From IMG/VR virus record IMGVR_UViG_3300037312_000927: a stretch of DNA of 64,000 bases. One strand, 5' to 3'. Origin of the DNA: a virus. Each line of letters starts with the position of its first letter. Position 1 is the stretch's first letter. The translations under genes and the position numbers were made by a program. This document shows, piece by piece, positions 40,033 to 48,414 of the stretch. The notes beneath the pieces were generated by a model. It ran no database searches, was not told the origin of the DNA, and worked only from the letters and a program-made list of their open reading frames with translations.

Positions 40033-40750
40033 ACATGTTTTTTCTCATTTTCTCAACTACGCTCATGAAATCCTCGTGAGACTTGTCGAATTCACGCTCC
40101 ACTTCTTCATGACTTTTACCGTCGGCAAATTCTACATCAGAGTTACCGTAATTATGAGCCATAGTTTTAAAGTAAGCTTCAGGTCCTGCCATTTCAGTAA
40201 TCTTACGAGGTATGGAATTGAGATTATTCTTAATATCACCCATACTCTTAGACGTTAAACTTCCACCACTTACTAGAGAACCTAATTGGCCTTGACGATT
40301 AATTAGAACCTTTAGCGCGTTCTCGTCGCTAGGGTCTTTCGCAACCGCATCGAAGCGAGCCGCCATAGATTTGCGATCGTTAATGTATTTACGGGCTCCA
40401 AAATAGCTACTGATCCCGGTAGCTGCGACCCCCATAGCAATAGGGATTGCGATAACGGAAGCTGGAATATTAGGGTTCTTGAAATAGCTCGCTACTTGTC
40501 TCGCCCCTGCGTACGCCAGCCCACCTGTGGTCAGACCAGACATTGCAGAATCAAGCACTACAGCCCCGATCTCTTTTTTGGTCAAAGCTTTGCTAGTATG
40601 TGAGCTAATGTGTGATGCAAATTTCTTGATCAGGTCAAGTTTGTTATCCAAAGACATATCTTTGAATAATGGATTGTCGATAACAGCCGTGACATCGATG
40701 CCCCGGGCCTTGTATTCGTCAATCAGAATTCTTATGATTTTTTCTTCCAT
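40022..40750 (-). CDS. Probable internal virion/membrane-interacting protein
   Basis: Two Gly/Ala-rich hydrophobic segments. Confidence 0.5.
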   Translation of the reverse strand: MEEKIIRILIDEYKARGIDVTAVIDNPLFKDMSLDNKLDLIKKFASHISSHTSKALTKKEIGAVVLDSAMSGLTTGGLAYAGARQVASYFKNPNIPASVIAIPIAMGVAATGISSYFGARKYINDRKSMAARFDAVAKDPSDENALKVLINRQGQLGSLVSGGSLTSKSMGDIKNNLNSIPRKITEMAGPEAYFKTMAHNYGNSDVEFADGKSHEEVEREFDKSHEDFMSVVEKMRKNMFGG

Positions 40751-40771
40751 TAATTCCCCAAATGGTTATGT

Positions 40772-41353
40772 CTATATTTTAACAAACGCTTTCTTCTTTT
40801 CGTATGTGTCTTCTAGAATACTTTGCATATCGGTGATTAAGCATGGGGTAGTCTGAGGATTAACAACGAAGCTTGTTTTTATAAGCTCTGGAGTTTTGTA
40901 GCTTTTAGGGGGTAAGTGATCATTGTCCATAAAAACGAACTCCCATTGGCCGGACACAGCGTAGCAAGAAATGGCTAGTATGTCAAATTGGCCTCGGATG
41001 AGGTGAGAGGAATTGATGAGACCTAAGCCTTCCACTTCCACCTCTCGTTTATCGCTGCTCTTAATGGTAACCGTACCTTGCCACGTATCGTGGAGAACGT
41101 CTTTCCTGACGCTGTCAGTCTTGATGCTTTTGACTTCTATGGTCAGGGGTATACCTTTATAGATTACTTTGAGGTCCCCACGTTCTTCGTCGTGGTCAGG
41201 TATTTTTGTAACTTCTGAAACACCTTCGATTTCCAGAAGTTGTTTCTTCAATGCAACCTCAGCGAGATACCCCTGTAGATAACCTCGAAGGTTAGGGTTG
41301 CTTGATATGACTTCCTCTAGTTCGTCGTTGGTGAATTCAGAGAGTATTGACAT
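40772..41353 (-). CDS. PD-(D/E)xK restriction-endonuclease-like protein
   Basis: GYLAE...RGDLKV...IEVKS catalytic pattern. Confidence 0.7.
   Translation of the reverse strand: MSILSEFTNDELEEVISSNPNLRGYLQGYLAEVALKKQLLEIEGVSEVTKIPDHDEERGDLKVIYKGIPLTIEVKSIKTDSVRKDVLHDTWQGTVTIKSSDKREVEVEGLGLINSSHLIRGQFDILAISCYAVSGQWEFVFMDNDHLPPKSYKTPELIKTSFVVNPQTTPCLITDMQSILEDTYEKKKAFVKI
40775..40781 (-). promoter_or_regulatory. Putative late promoter TAAAATA
   Basis: At 3' end of nuclease gene, 24 nt before ATG 40750. Confidence 0.5.
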
Positions 41354-41577
41354 TTGTTATTATTGTTATAAGTCGAGTTTAAGCCGCTGGTTTATTTCTA
41401 AGCCTCTTAGCGGGCTTTAGAGGCGTTTTAATCTTGTGGATAGGGCTTCGTATACCCTTCATCGTTTTAACGCCTCTATGGGCCTTTAAATGGCTCCTAG
41501 GCTTCCTTAGGTCTTCTCTCAAACCCTCTGCTATTTTCTCTAGGTATTTGTTCATGTAAATGTGCTGGTAAAGTTAA

Positions 41578-42219
41578 GGTGTCCAGTTTTTTTGGACACT
41601 GTCCAATTTTAAGGTACACCTGTCCAGTTCTGAACTGGCAGTGAATGTTAGTATTTTGTCGGTAGGTGTCCAATTGTCCAAAATGGCCAAAATAAAACTG
41701 GACACCCTTTTCAATTGTAAACATTAGACTTATAGCTCAAATGTCCAGTTTTTCTCGATTTTTCGAAAAACATACACCTACCTTTGTGGAGAGATTTTAG
41801 GAGAAATCGTGAGAGGGTACCTCACCCTTTACAAAACTACTTTTCTTCAACTCTCCATCACCCCAATGTTTACTACCTCTCTATATATATAATATATAAT
41901 ATATAAATAATAAATATATATAAATATATATAATATGACGCAGTTTCTTGACTGATACTGGTTAGGTTGGTCTGCCACTTTTCCAAAAATTCTGCGATAT
42001 TTTTTACAAAGGTGGGTGTATGTTTTCCGAAAAACAGCGAAAAACTGGACACTTGGCTTATAACACTAATAGTTACAAGCGAAAGAGGTGTCCAGTTTTT
42101 TTTAGCGTTTTTGGACACATTGGACACCTGCTCTAAACCTCTTGTTTTTATTAATATTCTCAGAGGCACCTGCGCACAGCAAAATTGGACACCTGTCCAA
42201 AAAACTGGACACCTGTCCG
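41578..42219. repeat. Large imperfect inverted repeat with AT core; candidate replication origin
   Basis: Arms 41578-41787 and 42006-42212 are reverse complements in two blocks; 15 TGGACA/TGTCCA hexamers plus one variant; 55-bp pure A/T core 41882-41936. Confidence 0.75.
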
Positions 42220-42245
42220 TTTTGGGTCCATAAACCGGGATTTTG

Positions 42246-42253
42246 TGGTATAA
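42246..42253 (+). promoter_or_regulatory. Early promoter TGGTATAA of RT unit
   Basis: Recurrent motif. Confidence 0.7.
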
Positions 42254-42338
42254 GACATTGTAGCAAAAAATTGTTTATGTACCTATCTCGGGCAAAGTTG
42301 GAACTACATAAATAATTACATCAAAATAGAATAAGAAT

Positions 42339-42473
42339 ATGGATAAAGTATTGGAAATCATCAAAACCGCACTCAATCTGGGCCTCATCTTTTTAGATGT
42401 CCTGGAAGCTTTCAAGAATATCTATCAAGCCGTGATGGAGAAGATGAACGCTGAGTGTGCCACCGCAACCTAA
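42339..42473 (+). CDS. 44-aa amphipathic small protein
   Basis: MDKVLEIIKTALNLGLIFLDVLEAFKNIYQAVMEKMNAECATAT; weak SD; not in ORF track. Confidence 0.4.
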   Translation: MDKVLEIIKTALNLGLIFLDVLEAFKNIYQAVMEKMNAECATAT

Positions 42474-42515
42474 AGATATACGTGTAGCTATTAAATAGCT
42501 GCTGAAAGGAATTCT

Positions 42516-43190
42516 GTGAATCCACTGCTTACACCTGTAGGGTCTACTGGATCAAGTGTAAACATGCCTAAGTATGTCGACGAGGAGTTCGTCCCCCGGA
42601 ATAATTATTATATTGTTACCGACGGTACTCGCTTCTATTCGTACTCGATCAAAGCCAAGGAGTTGAACCCCGAGGTCCCAATCATTCGTCTGGAAAGAAG
42701 CCCCCCGGTACTCATGGAGGGCTATGCCGTCCTTGGCCGTCGAGTTTATCTCGTGTCCAGACAAGACCTCCTCCGGAAGGTCGTGCGTAAATCCAAAGAA
42801 ATTGTAAAGGAGTCGACTACAAATGACGCAACCAACATCAACTCAACTGTCGCTGCTGCCATTGCAAGAAGTGCCGTTTCAAATCCCGACGAACCAGGAC
42901 TTAGCGAAGCTGCTCAACTGGAAATCACCAAAAATGCTGACGCTGCTTGGAAAGAACAAGTCGGAACATTACTCAGTGTTGCGACTAAGAAAGAAGTCAT
43001 CGACTTCTTCGAAAAGGACCCGAGCTACTCAGACTCAGCAAGATACGTCCTCGACAGCCTCGGAGACGAATACGAGATTGTCCCCGAATCTGAGTACGCC
43101 GACCACAGCAACGAACCAACCTACGATGAACTCCTCTCCGGTGAATACCCGGACGGCGAGAACCACGAACCGCTCGACAGGGACTTCTGA
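42516..43190 (+). CDS. RT-associated protein with acidic tail (overlaps RT)
   Basis: GTG start with AAAGGA SD; typical codon usage through the overlap. Confidence 0.7.
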   Translation: MNPLLTPVGSTGSSVNMPKYVDEEFVPRNNYYIVTDGTRFYSYSIKAKELNPEVPIIRLERSPPVLMEGYAVLGRRVYLVSRQDLLRKVVRKSKEIVKESTTNDATNINSTVAAAIARSAVSNPDEPGLSEAAQLEITKNADAAWKEQVGTLLSVATKKEVIDFFEKDPSYSDSARYVLDSLGDEYEIVPESEYADHSNEPTYDELLSGEYPDGENHEPLDRDF

Positions 43191-44097
43191 GAAGTTCCGT
43201 ATTCTCCATAACCCGGATAACCTCATGAGGGTTGTTCAGTATAAGATCTTGACCCAGATCTTGGAGAAGATGCCGATCCCGGATTACGTGCATGCTTTCG
43301 AGAAGGGGAAGAATATCCCTGACATGGCAGCGATGCACGTCGGCAAGAAGGTGGTGGTCAGCCTGGACTTGAAGGATTTCTTCAAGAGTATCAAGCAAAC
43401 GCATCTTCTCCAGATCTATCAGCATCTGGGTTTCGGAGAAGGTGCAGCAAGAACGCTGAGCGAACTGTGCACGTACAAAGCCTTCGTACCTCAAGGGGCT
43501 TTGACTAGCCCTAAGCTCAGCAATCTTTTTACCTCCCTAACTTTCGGTCCTATCATTAAAGAGTATTGTGATTCTAAGGGTTACACTCTCAGCATCTACG
43601 CAGATGACATCACGATTTCCCGAGATACGGACTTCGAAGGCGATGACAGTAAAAGAGTAAACAGAGAGATCATTGATTTCATCACCAATTCTGTTTCGCA
43701 GTTTGGTATGAGGATCAACCGGGAGAAGACTAAGGTGATGCATACCTATCAGCGGCAATGGGTATGTGGCACGGTTGTCAATCAAAAGGTCAACCTTTTG
43801 AAGAAAGATCGGTACGCCTTAAAGGCTATCGTTCATAACTGTGAACAGAATGGTATCAAGCACGAGGCTGCAAAGTCCGGTATCACCCCGGGCGAATTCG
43901 CAGCCAAAGTCGCTGGCAAGATCGGCTGGTTTGCCCAGCTCAATCCTGAAGCTGGTAATAAGCTGAAGGAACGCTTCAAAGCAGTATATGAAGCGACGAC
44001 GGATTTTACTCCGGAGGGCATGGAGAAGGAGACTCTCCCGCCTGCACCACCAACTCTGGATGAACTCTTGGAAGGGGCTAAAGCCTCTCCCTGGTGA
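42823..44097 (+). CDS. Retron-type reverse transcriptase
   Basis: Y--L---KKS, HAF-KG----AAMH (NAxxH-like region X), LDLKDFF-SI, PQGALTSP-LSN, YADD, VCG (VTG-like region Y); AAGGAG SD. Confidence 0.92.
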   Translation: MTQPTSTQLSLLPLQEVPFQIPTNQDLAKLLNWKSPKMLTLLGKNKSEHYSVLRLRKKSSTSSKRTRATQTQQDTSSTASETNTRLSPNLSTPTTATNQPTMNSSPVNTRTARTTNRSTGTSEKFRILHNPDNLMRVVQYKILTQILEKMPIPDYVHAFEKGKNIPDMAAMHVGKKVVVSLDLKDFFKSIKQTHLLQIYQHLGFGEGAARTLSELCTYKAFVPQGALTSPKLSNLFTSLTFGPIIKEYCDSKGYTLSIYADDITISRDTDFEGDDSKRVNREIIDFITNSVSQFGMRINREKTKVMHTYQRQWVCGTVVNQKVNLLKKDRYALKAIVHNCEQNGIKHEAAKSGITPGEFAAKVAGKIGWFAQLNPEAGNKLKERFKAVYEATTDFTPEGMEKETLPPAPPTLDELLEGAKASPW

Positions 44098-44165
44098 TGA
44101 CTTCTCCGGTACATAAACAAACGGAGAGTGAGACGGCCTGAGCTCACCCTCCGTGTTACGTTACT

Positions 44166-44193
44166 TCCCCTGTGAATTCAGGGGATTTTTTTT
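44166..44193 (+). terminator. Intrinsic terminator after RT
   Basis: TCCCCTG...CAGGGGA + T-tract. Confidence 0.8.
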
Positions 44194-45412
44194 AGCCAAA
44201 TGAAACGCCTGATGAATTGACTTTGATAAAATGCCCACCACAGGTAGACGAAATCTCGCTTGAGGTAACTTTATGCACAGCTCCTCCATTAGTTGAAGTA
44301 ATGCCAGAAGAATCGATCTTGAGTTCGCTACCGTCATAAGTCGTATCGATAGAATTATCGTTCATATAGACGATACCGTTTTTATATGTAGATTTAATTC
44401 CAGTACCATCCATTAACACTGTGCCGTTCTGGAACGTGGTGAGAATACTGGTATCAGTCATTACTACTGAGCAAGGATCTCCGTTCTTTTTAAGAGATAT
44501 CTCATCTGTGTTTATATGAATAACATTCACGTCACCATACGATATGATGACTTCGTCCTTTGAAGAAAATGTATGGGTAAATATTGTCCCGTCTGAGCTT
44601 TTAACAATTAGATTATGATCCCCAGTAATAGAGATTTCTCTCTTCATAAGTTCTGGAGATGTCTCAGTGACTCTATCAAGGATCTGTTCTTTGTATACGA
44701 TATCGGTAGCTTCAGGGGCACTCTCTGCCGCGCTATAGTCCGTCTTACAAGCTTCTGCCAGGGCCACATCACCGATGTATTCGTTATAACTATAAGCCTC
44801 AACCTTGGCATCGATAATCTTTTGGGAATGGCCTGAGTATCTGTAAATTCTGCCCTTAATGTTTCTTACGACCTCAGAGCTTACATCGGTAAAATGTTCG
44901 AAATTGCGGGAAGAGATACGTACTAAGTCTTGTAGTTTAGATAGTATAATTTCTGAGAAACGACTTGATCTGATAAGCATAGTACCCGCCCTCAGTAAAG
45001 CTAGCATACCTCCGCCAGGGCTTGATATAACTCTATCCCCTACGAGCATATCTTTGGGCGCCGTTTGGTCCCCCATGACATTCTTACCTGCAGCAGAGAA
45101 GTTACCAGTGTCGACTGTGATATCACCCCGATCGATTTGTAGTGGAGTATTGGTGCTTTCGCTCTGTAGTCTTGGCAGAAACTGGTCTATGATTGGATAT
45201 CCCAGCTTATTGCTGATGACAACTCTATCACCCAACAATGGAGTAATACGGTCACCTCCTCGGCTTGCGCCACCGGCAGGCTGGGACCATAAGACCCCTG
45301 TTAGGTTTTGACCACTTAAAGTCTTTACCTTGCAAACTTTACGAATAGAGTCTACTTCTGTTACTGTGCCTTCTTCGGTTAAAGGATCTGATGCTGTTGG
45401 GTTACTAAACAT
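44192..45412 (-). CDS. Baseplate central spike (gp5/gpV-like)
   Basis: N-terminal OB fold G-V--VD-----CKV...P--GDRV-I; C-terminal beta-helix repeats with terminal His. Confidence 0.7.
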   Translation of the reverse strand: MFSNPTASDPLTEEGTVTEVDSIRKVCKVKTLSGQNLTGVLWSQPAGGASRGGDRITPLLGDRVVISNKLGYPIIDQFLPRLQSESTNTPLQIDRGDITVDTGNFSAAGKNVMGDQTAPKDMLVGDRVISSPGGGMLALLRAGTMLIRSSRFSEIILSKLQDLVRISSRNFEHFTDVSSEVVRNIKGRIYRYSGHSQKIIDAKVEAYSYNEYIGDVALAEACKTDYSAAESAPEATDIVYKEQILDRVTETSPELMKREISITGDHNLIVKSSDGTIFTHTFSSKDEVIISYGDVNVIHINTDEISLKKNGDPCSVVMTDTSILTTFQNGTVLMDGTGIKSTYKNGIVYMNDNSIDTTYDGSELKIDSSGITSTNGGAVHKVTSSEISSTCGGHFIKVNSSGVSFG

Positions 45413-45422
45413 AGTGTATATT

Positions 45423-45430
45423 TGGTATAA
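45423..45430 (+). promoter_or_regulatory. Early promoter TGGTATAA
   Basis: Recurrent motif. Confidence 0.7.
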
Positions 45431-45475
45431 GTAGTATAGGATTAACTTCCTACATTTTTATGTTAAAGGAAATTT

Positions 45476-46264
45476 ATGAAAATTCAAATAAAATCTGATC
45501 TGCACTTGGAAAACGAAATTGGGAAAACTGTCGTTTGGGACCCTAATGCAAAGGGTCCATTATACGTGTCTCCTCACGCTGATGCTGTAATTTTAGCGGG
45601 GGATATTATCAATATCGACAAGTATCAGATTGATTACTTGAAGAGCCAAATGAAGGACGTCACCGTTCCTATCTACTATGTCCCGGGCAATCACGAGTAC
45701 TGGCATACGGGCATTGCTGAGGGTCGTCAGATACTACGGGAAGAGCTGGAGGATTCGAATATCACGTTATTAGATAATGATTGGCGTCTTATAACAGATC
45801 CTAAGGAGAGTTCCAAGCGGATACTTATAGTAGGATCTACCTTATGGACTTATCTGAACCCCTTGCAGAAAGTCATTGCCCGGAATACGCCGGATTTCAA
45901 GCTTATTAAGGATATGAATCCCGAGCTTTGGAACAATTTAAATATCATGTCCCAATCCTCTATTCGACAAACTTTATCCTTTAAGGATTTCGAAAAAGTC
46001 AAAAAAATCGTTGTAACCCATCACCTGCCTAGCTACTCCAGCGTTCCCTTACGCTTCAAGGGCAACGAATCAAACTGCATCTTCGTAAATAACTGCGAAG
46101 ACCTCATGAAAGAGGAATGGGGACCGGATCTCTGGATTCATGGTCACACCCATGACAGCTGCGATTATAAAGTCGGTAAAACCCGTGTAGTATGTAACCC
46201 TCGTGGTCGCTCCGGCGGAGATCGCAATCAAGTTTATAACAATGAGCTCCTCATCGAAATCTGA
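45476..46264 (+). CDS. Calcineurin-like metallophosphoesterase
   Basis: SDLH, LAGDI, PGNHEY, THH-P, HGHTH motifs. Confidence 0.92.
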   Translation: MKIQIKSDLHLENEIGKTVVWDPNAKGPLYVSPHADAVILAGDIINIDKYQIDYLKSQMKDVTVPIYYVPGNHEYWHTGIAEGRQILREELEDSNITLLDNDWRLITDPKESSKRILIVGSTLWTYLNPLQKVIARNTPDFKLIKDMNPELWNNLNIMSQSSIRQTLSFKDFEKVKKIVVTHHLPSYSSVPLRFKGNESNCIFVNNCEDLMKEEWGPDLWIHGHTHDSCDYKVGKTRVVCNPRGRSGGDRNQVYNNELLIEI

Positions 46265-46376
46265 TTCCACAAATGAAAAAGCCCGGAACCAGTCCGGGCC
46301 TGCCCTTATCTAAAAGTATGTGTCTAGATCCAAGGGACTTCACAAATATTATAACCTAAATTTGAGAGGTGATTTT

Positions 46377-46384
46377 TGGTATAA
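46377..46384 (+). promoter_or_regulatory. Early promoter TGGTATAA
   Basis: Recurrent motif. Confidence 0.7.
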
Positions 46385-46417
46385 GTAAAGTATCTATAAC
46401 AATAGAATATTTTTATT

Positions 46418-46786
46418 ATGCCCAAGCCAATTCCAGGAAAATATTATTTAGCCCTATTCAAGGGTTATAAGCGAGACAAGGCGTGGAAACATCCTTATCT
46501 CTGTAGGGTTGTACGAAGATTTCCGTTTACCCCGATGCTCGCAGATATGCTCCAAATGGTCCCGATGGACGTGAATTGGTGGCATGACGAGAACGAATCA
46601 AGTAACCCGGAACACTTCGAAATTCTCAAAGTATTCACGGAAGCAGAGATGAAAGCGTATGTCAACATAGATCCAGTTTCTGACATGCCTTCAAGGAAAA
46701 AACAATCTAACGTCCCGGCAAAACTCAAGGATTTCAACTATGGCATACAAGGTAGTGAATGGGAAGTTGGTAGCTATCCGCAATAA
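46418..46786 (+). CDS. Hypothetical protein
   Basis: Follows promoter. Confidence 0.55.
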   Translation: MPKPIPGKYYLALFKGYKRDKAWKHPYLCRVVRRFPFTPMLADMLQMVPMDVNWWHDENESSNPEHFEILKVFTEAEMKAYVNIDPVSDMPSRKKQSNVPAKLKDFNYGIQGSEWEVGSYPQ

Positions 46787-47036
46787 ACGAAAACCCATTT
46801 CTCAATTTCAAACCGTTCCCGAACCTGAGCCTAAACCGCTTGTGAAGGGAGAGTATCTCGGCCTCTGCAACCGTCAAGCTTGCTTGAGGCCAGGTGCAAA
46901 CTGGTACAACAAAATCACACGAGCGCATTATTGCAGCGCTTGCGCTAGGATGATCAATGACGTCTGCAGGGATAACCATACGGAACTCTTCTGCAGTAAA
47001 GTTCAAAACAAGGAGGTCTCCAATGAGACTGTTTGA
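46740..47036 (+). CDS. Cys-rich (Zn-finger-like) protein
   Basis: CNRQAC...YCSACA; AAGGA SD. Confidence 0.6.
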   Translation: MAYKVVNGKLVAIRNKRKPISQFQTVPEPEPKPLVKGEYLGLCNRQACLRPGANWYNKITRAHYCSACARMINDVCRDNHTELFCSKVQNKEVSNETV

Positions 47037-47385
47037 AGTAGACGAAATCTGTGACGCTTACGAAAGCGGCATGGGCCATGGTTTGAAACAAGACGGCCAT
47101 CAAAGTTCTTACTGGTCGGCGGCTGAAGCCAAGGCTTATAACCTTGGCTATAAGCTGGGTGAAGAACGTGCCAAAGCAACGGGCGCACTGACGATCATCC
47201 CTAAAGGTTTCCGTGCAGTCAAAGATAGCTATCAAGCTGTCTTTAATGCAATAGGCGATGCAACCACTGTCTTATATTCCGGGGTTCCTGAAATTTCTGT
47301 TCGAAAATTTTGGGAATCAATAGACAAAGCCCAGCCTGAAGTATCGGTAGTGGACGGACAGGATGTGATCAACGTAACCCAATAA
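47023..47385 (+). CDS. Hypothetical protein
   Basis: AGGAGG SD before ATG 47023. Confidence 0.65.
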   Translation: MRLFEVDEICDAYESGMGHGLKQDGHQSSYWSAAEAKAYNLGYKLGEERAKATGALTIIPKGFRAVKDSYQAVFNAIGDATTVLYSGVPEISVRKFWESIDKAQPEVSVVDGQDVINVTQ

Positions 47386-47399
47386 AACAAAGGAATAAC

Positions 47400-47684
47400 A
47401 TGACGATTCTCGCAGTTATCAATACTAAGGATATGGCGGTTCGTGTTTTCGATGAACGTGTCCTTGTCGATAAAGCTCAGCTCTCTGTCTACGACGACAC
47501 CGTAGCTGAAGACTACGTCCACGCACTGAAATGGCTCCTGGAGTACAACGAGCCCGGTCAGCGTCTTGCCCGTCAGATGGAAGAAATTCTGAAGAAACAG
47601 AAGCTGGGGATCAAATCCCCGAGCTACGCCCCGGCTAAGCTGGGACAAATCAACGTCAAGTACAGTCTGCCGGATCCCTCTTAA
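47400..47684 (+). CDS. Hypothetical protein
   Basis: AAGGA SD, biased codons. Confidence 0.7.
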   Translation: MTILAVINTKDMAVRVFDERVLVDKAQLSVYDDTVAEDYVHALKWLLEYNEPGQRLARQMEEILKKQKLGIKSPSYAPAKLGQINVKYSLPDPS

Positions 47685-47701
47685 ATTTCCCGCTGCCATT
47701 T

Positions 47702-47709
47702 TGGTATAA
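47702..47709 (+). promoter_or_regulatory. Early promoter TGGTATAA
   Basis: Recurrent motif. Confidence 0.7.
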
Positions 47710-47772
47710 GAAAAATAGAGATGGTATACATCTCTTCTTTTCATAATTAAACTCACCCAGTAGGAGAAATAT

Positions 47773-48075
47773 ATGATCGACCTGAACAGCAACAAACCGC
47801 TGAGCAAACCGAACCTGAAGATGATCCCGATCGTCGCCAGCCACATCGGCCTCATCGACGTGAACGACGAACGTACCCTGTCGGCTGCTCCCCGCAAGGC
47901 TGCGTCCTCGAACACATGCACCAACTGTGGTCACTTCGAGCGCCAAGCCGACGGCAAGGTCCCCTGCGGTAACAAGGCTTCGGCCTACTACGCTCAGAAG
48001 GCTGGCTTCCTGGCCATCAGCGACTGCGGTAACTTCGCAGAACCGAAACTGCCGGAGGGTTTCACCTATGGCTGA
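47773..48075 (+). CDS. Cys-rich small protein
   Basis: CTNC--F...C...C; AGGAG SD. Confidence 0.7.
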   Translation: MIDLNSNKPLSKPNLKMIPIVASHIGLIDVNDERTLSAAPRKAASSNTCTNCGHFERQADGKVPCGNKASAYYAQKAGFLAISDCGNFAEPKLPEGFTYG

Positions 48076-48370
48076 TAAAGCGAAAATTGACGAGCTTTTC
48101 AACCTCTTCGATAAAGTCATAGACGCCTCTGATAATCTCATCCCCCACCTCAAAGGTGAACAACTAACGGAAGTGGTGAATACCGTTGCATTCTTTAATG
48201 ATGTCCGGAATGATCCCGAAAGTCGCCCAGGGTTGGAAAAATACAGTGATGATGTGATTGACGAGGGTATCCGTCTCGGAAGAAATGCTCTCCGAGATAT
48301 GGAGATGAACCTGACTCTCGTCGAGATCCACAGAAAATCTCCCATCCTTGCAAGCCTTATCCAGAGGTAA
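48068..48370 (+). CDS. Hypothetical protein
   Basis: GGAGG SD before ATG 48068. Confidence 0.65.
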   Translation: MADKAKIDELFNLFDKVIDASDNLIPHLKGEQLTEVVNTVAFFNDVRNDPESRPGLEKYSDDVIDEGIRLGRNALRDMEMNLTLVEIHRKSPILASLIQR

Positions 48371-48414
48371 TTCTTAGGCCCTGAAATATGGGCCTTTCTT
48401 TTTTGATTACTAAA

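Noticed and set aside
41578-42219. CRISPR array or protelomerase (telRL) site
   Set aside because: Repeats are 6-8 bp, inverted and irregularly spaced; the palindrome is imperfect with a >200-bp non-symmetric centre; no cas or protelomerase gene seen
41497-42233. Short ORFs across the palindrome
   Set aside because: Low-complexity translations of repeats and the AT tract
42997-43494. 165-aa minus-strand ORF over the RT
   Set aside because: No motif or expression signals; the region is already explained by two plus frames
42823-44097. Diversity-generating retroelement or group II intron RT
   Set aside because: Retron-like X/Y motifs, no maturase domain, and no TR/VR pair with adenine-specific differences noticed (not exhaustively computed)
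47927-48414. Longer starts listed for 47927..48370 and 48388..48780
   Set aside because: Better SD at 48068; ATG 48388 lies inside a terminator hairpin, so 48415 is preferred
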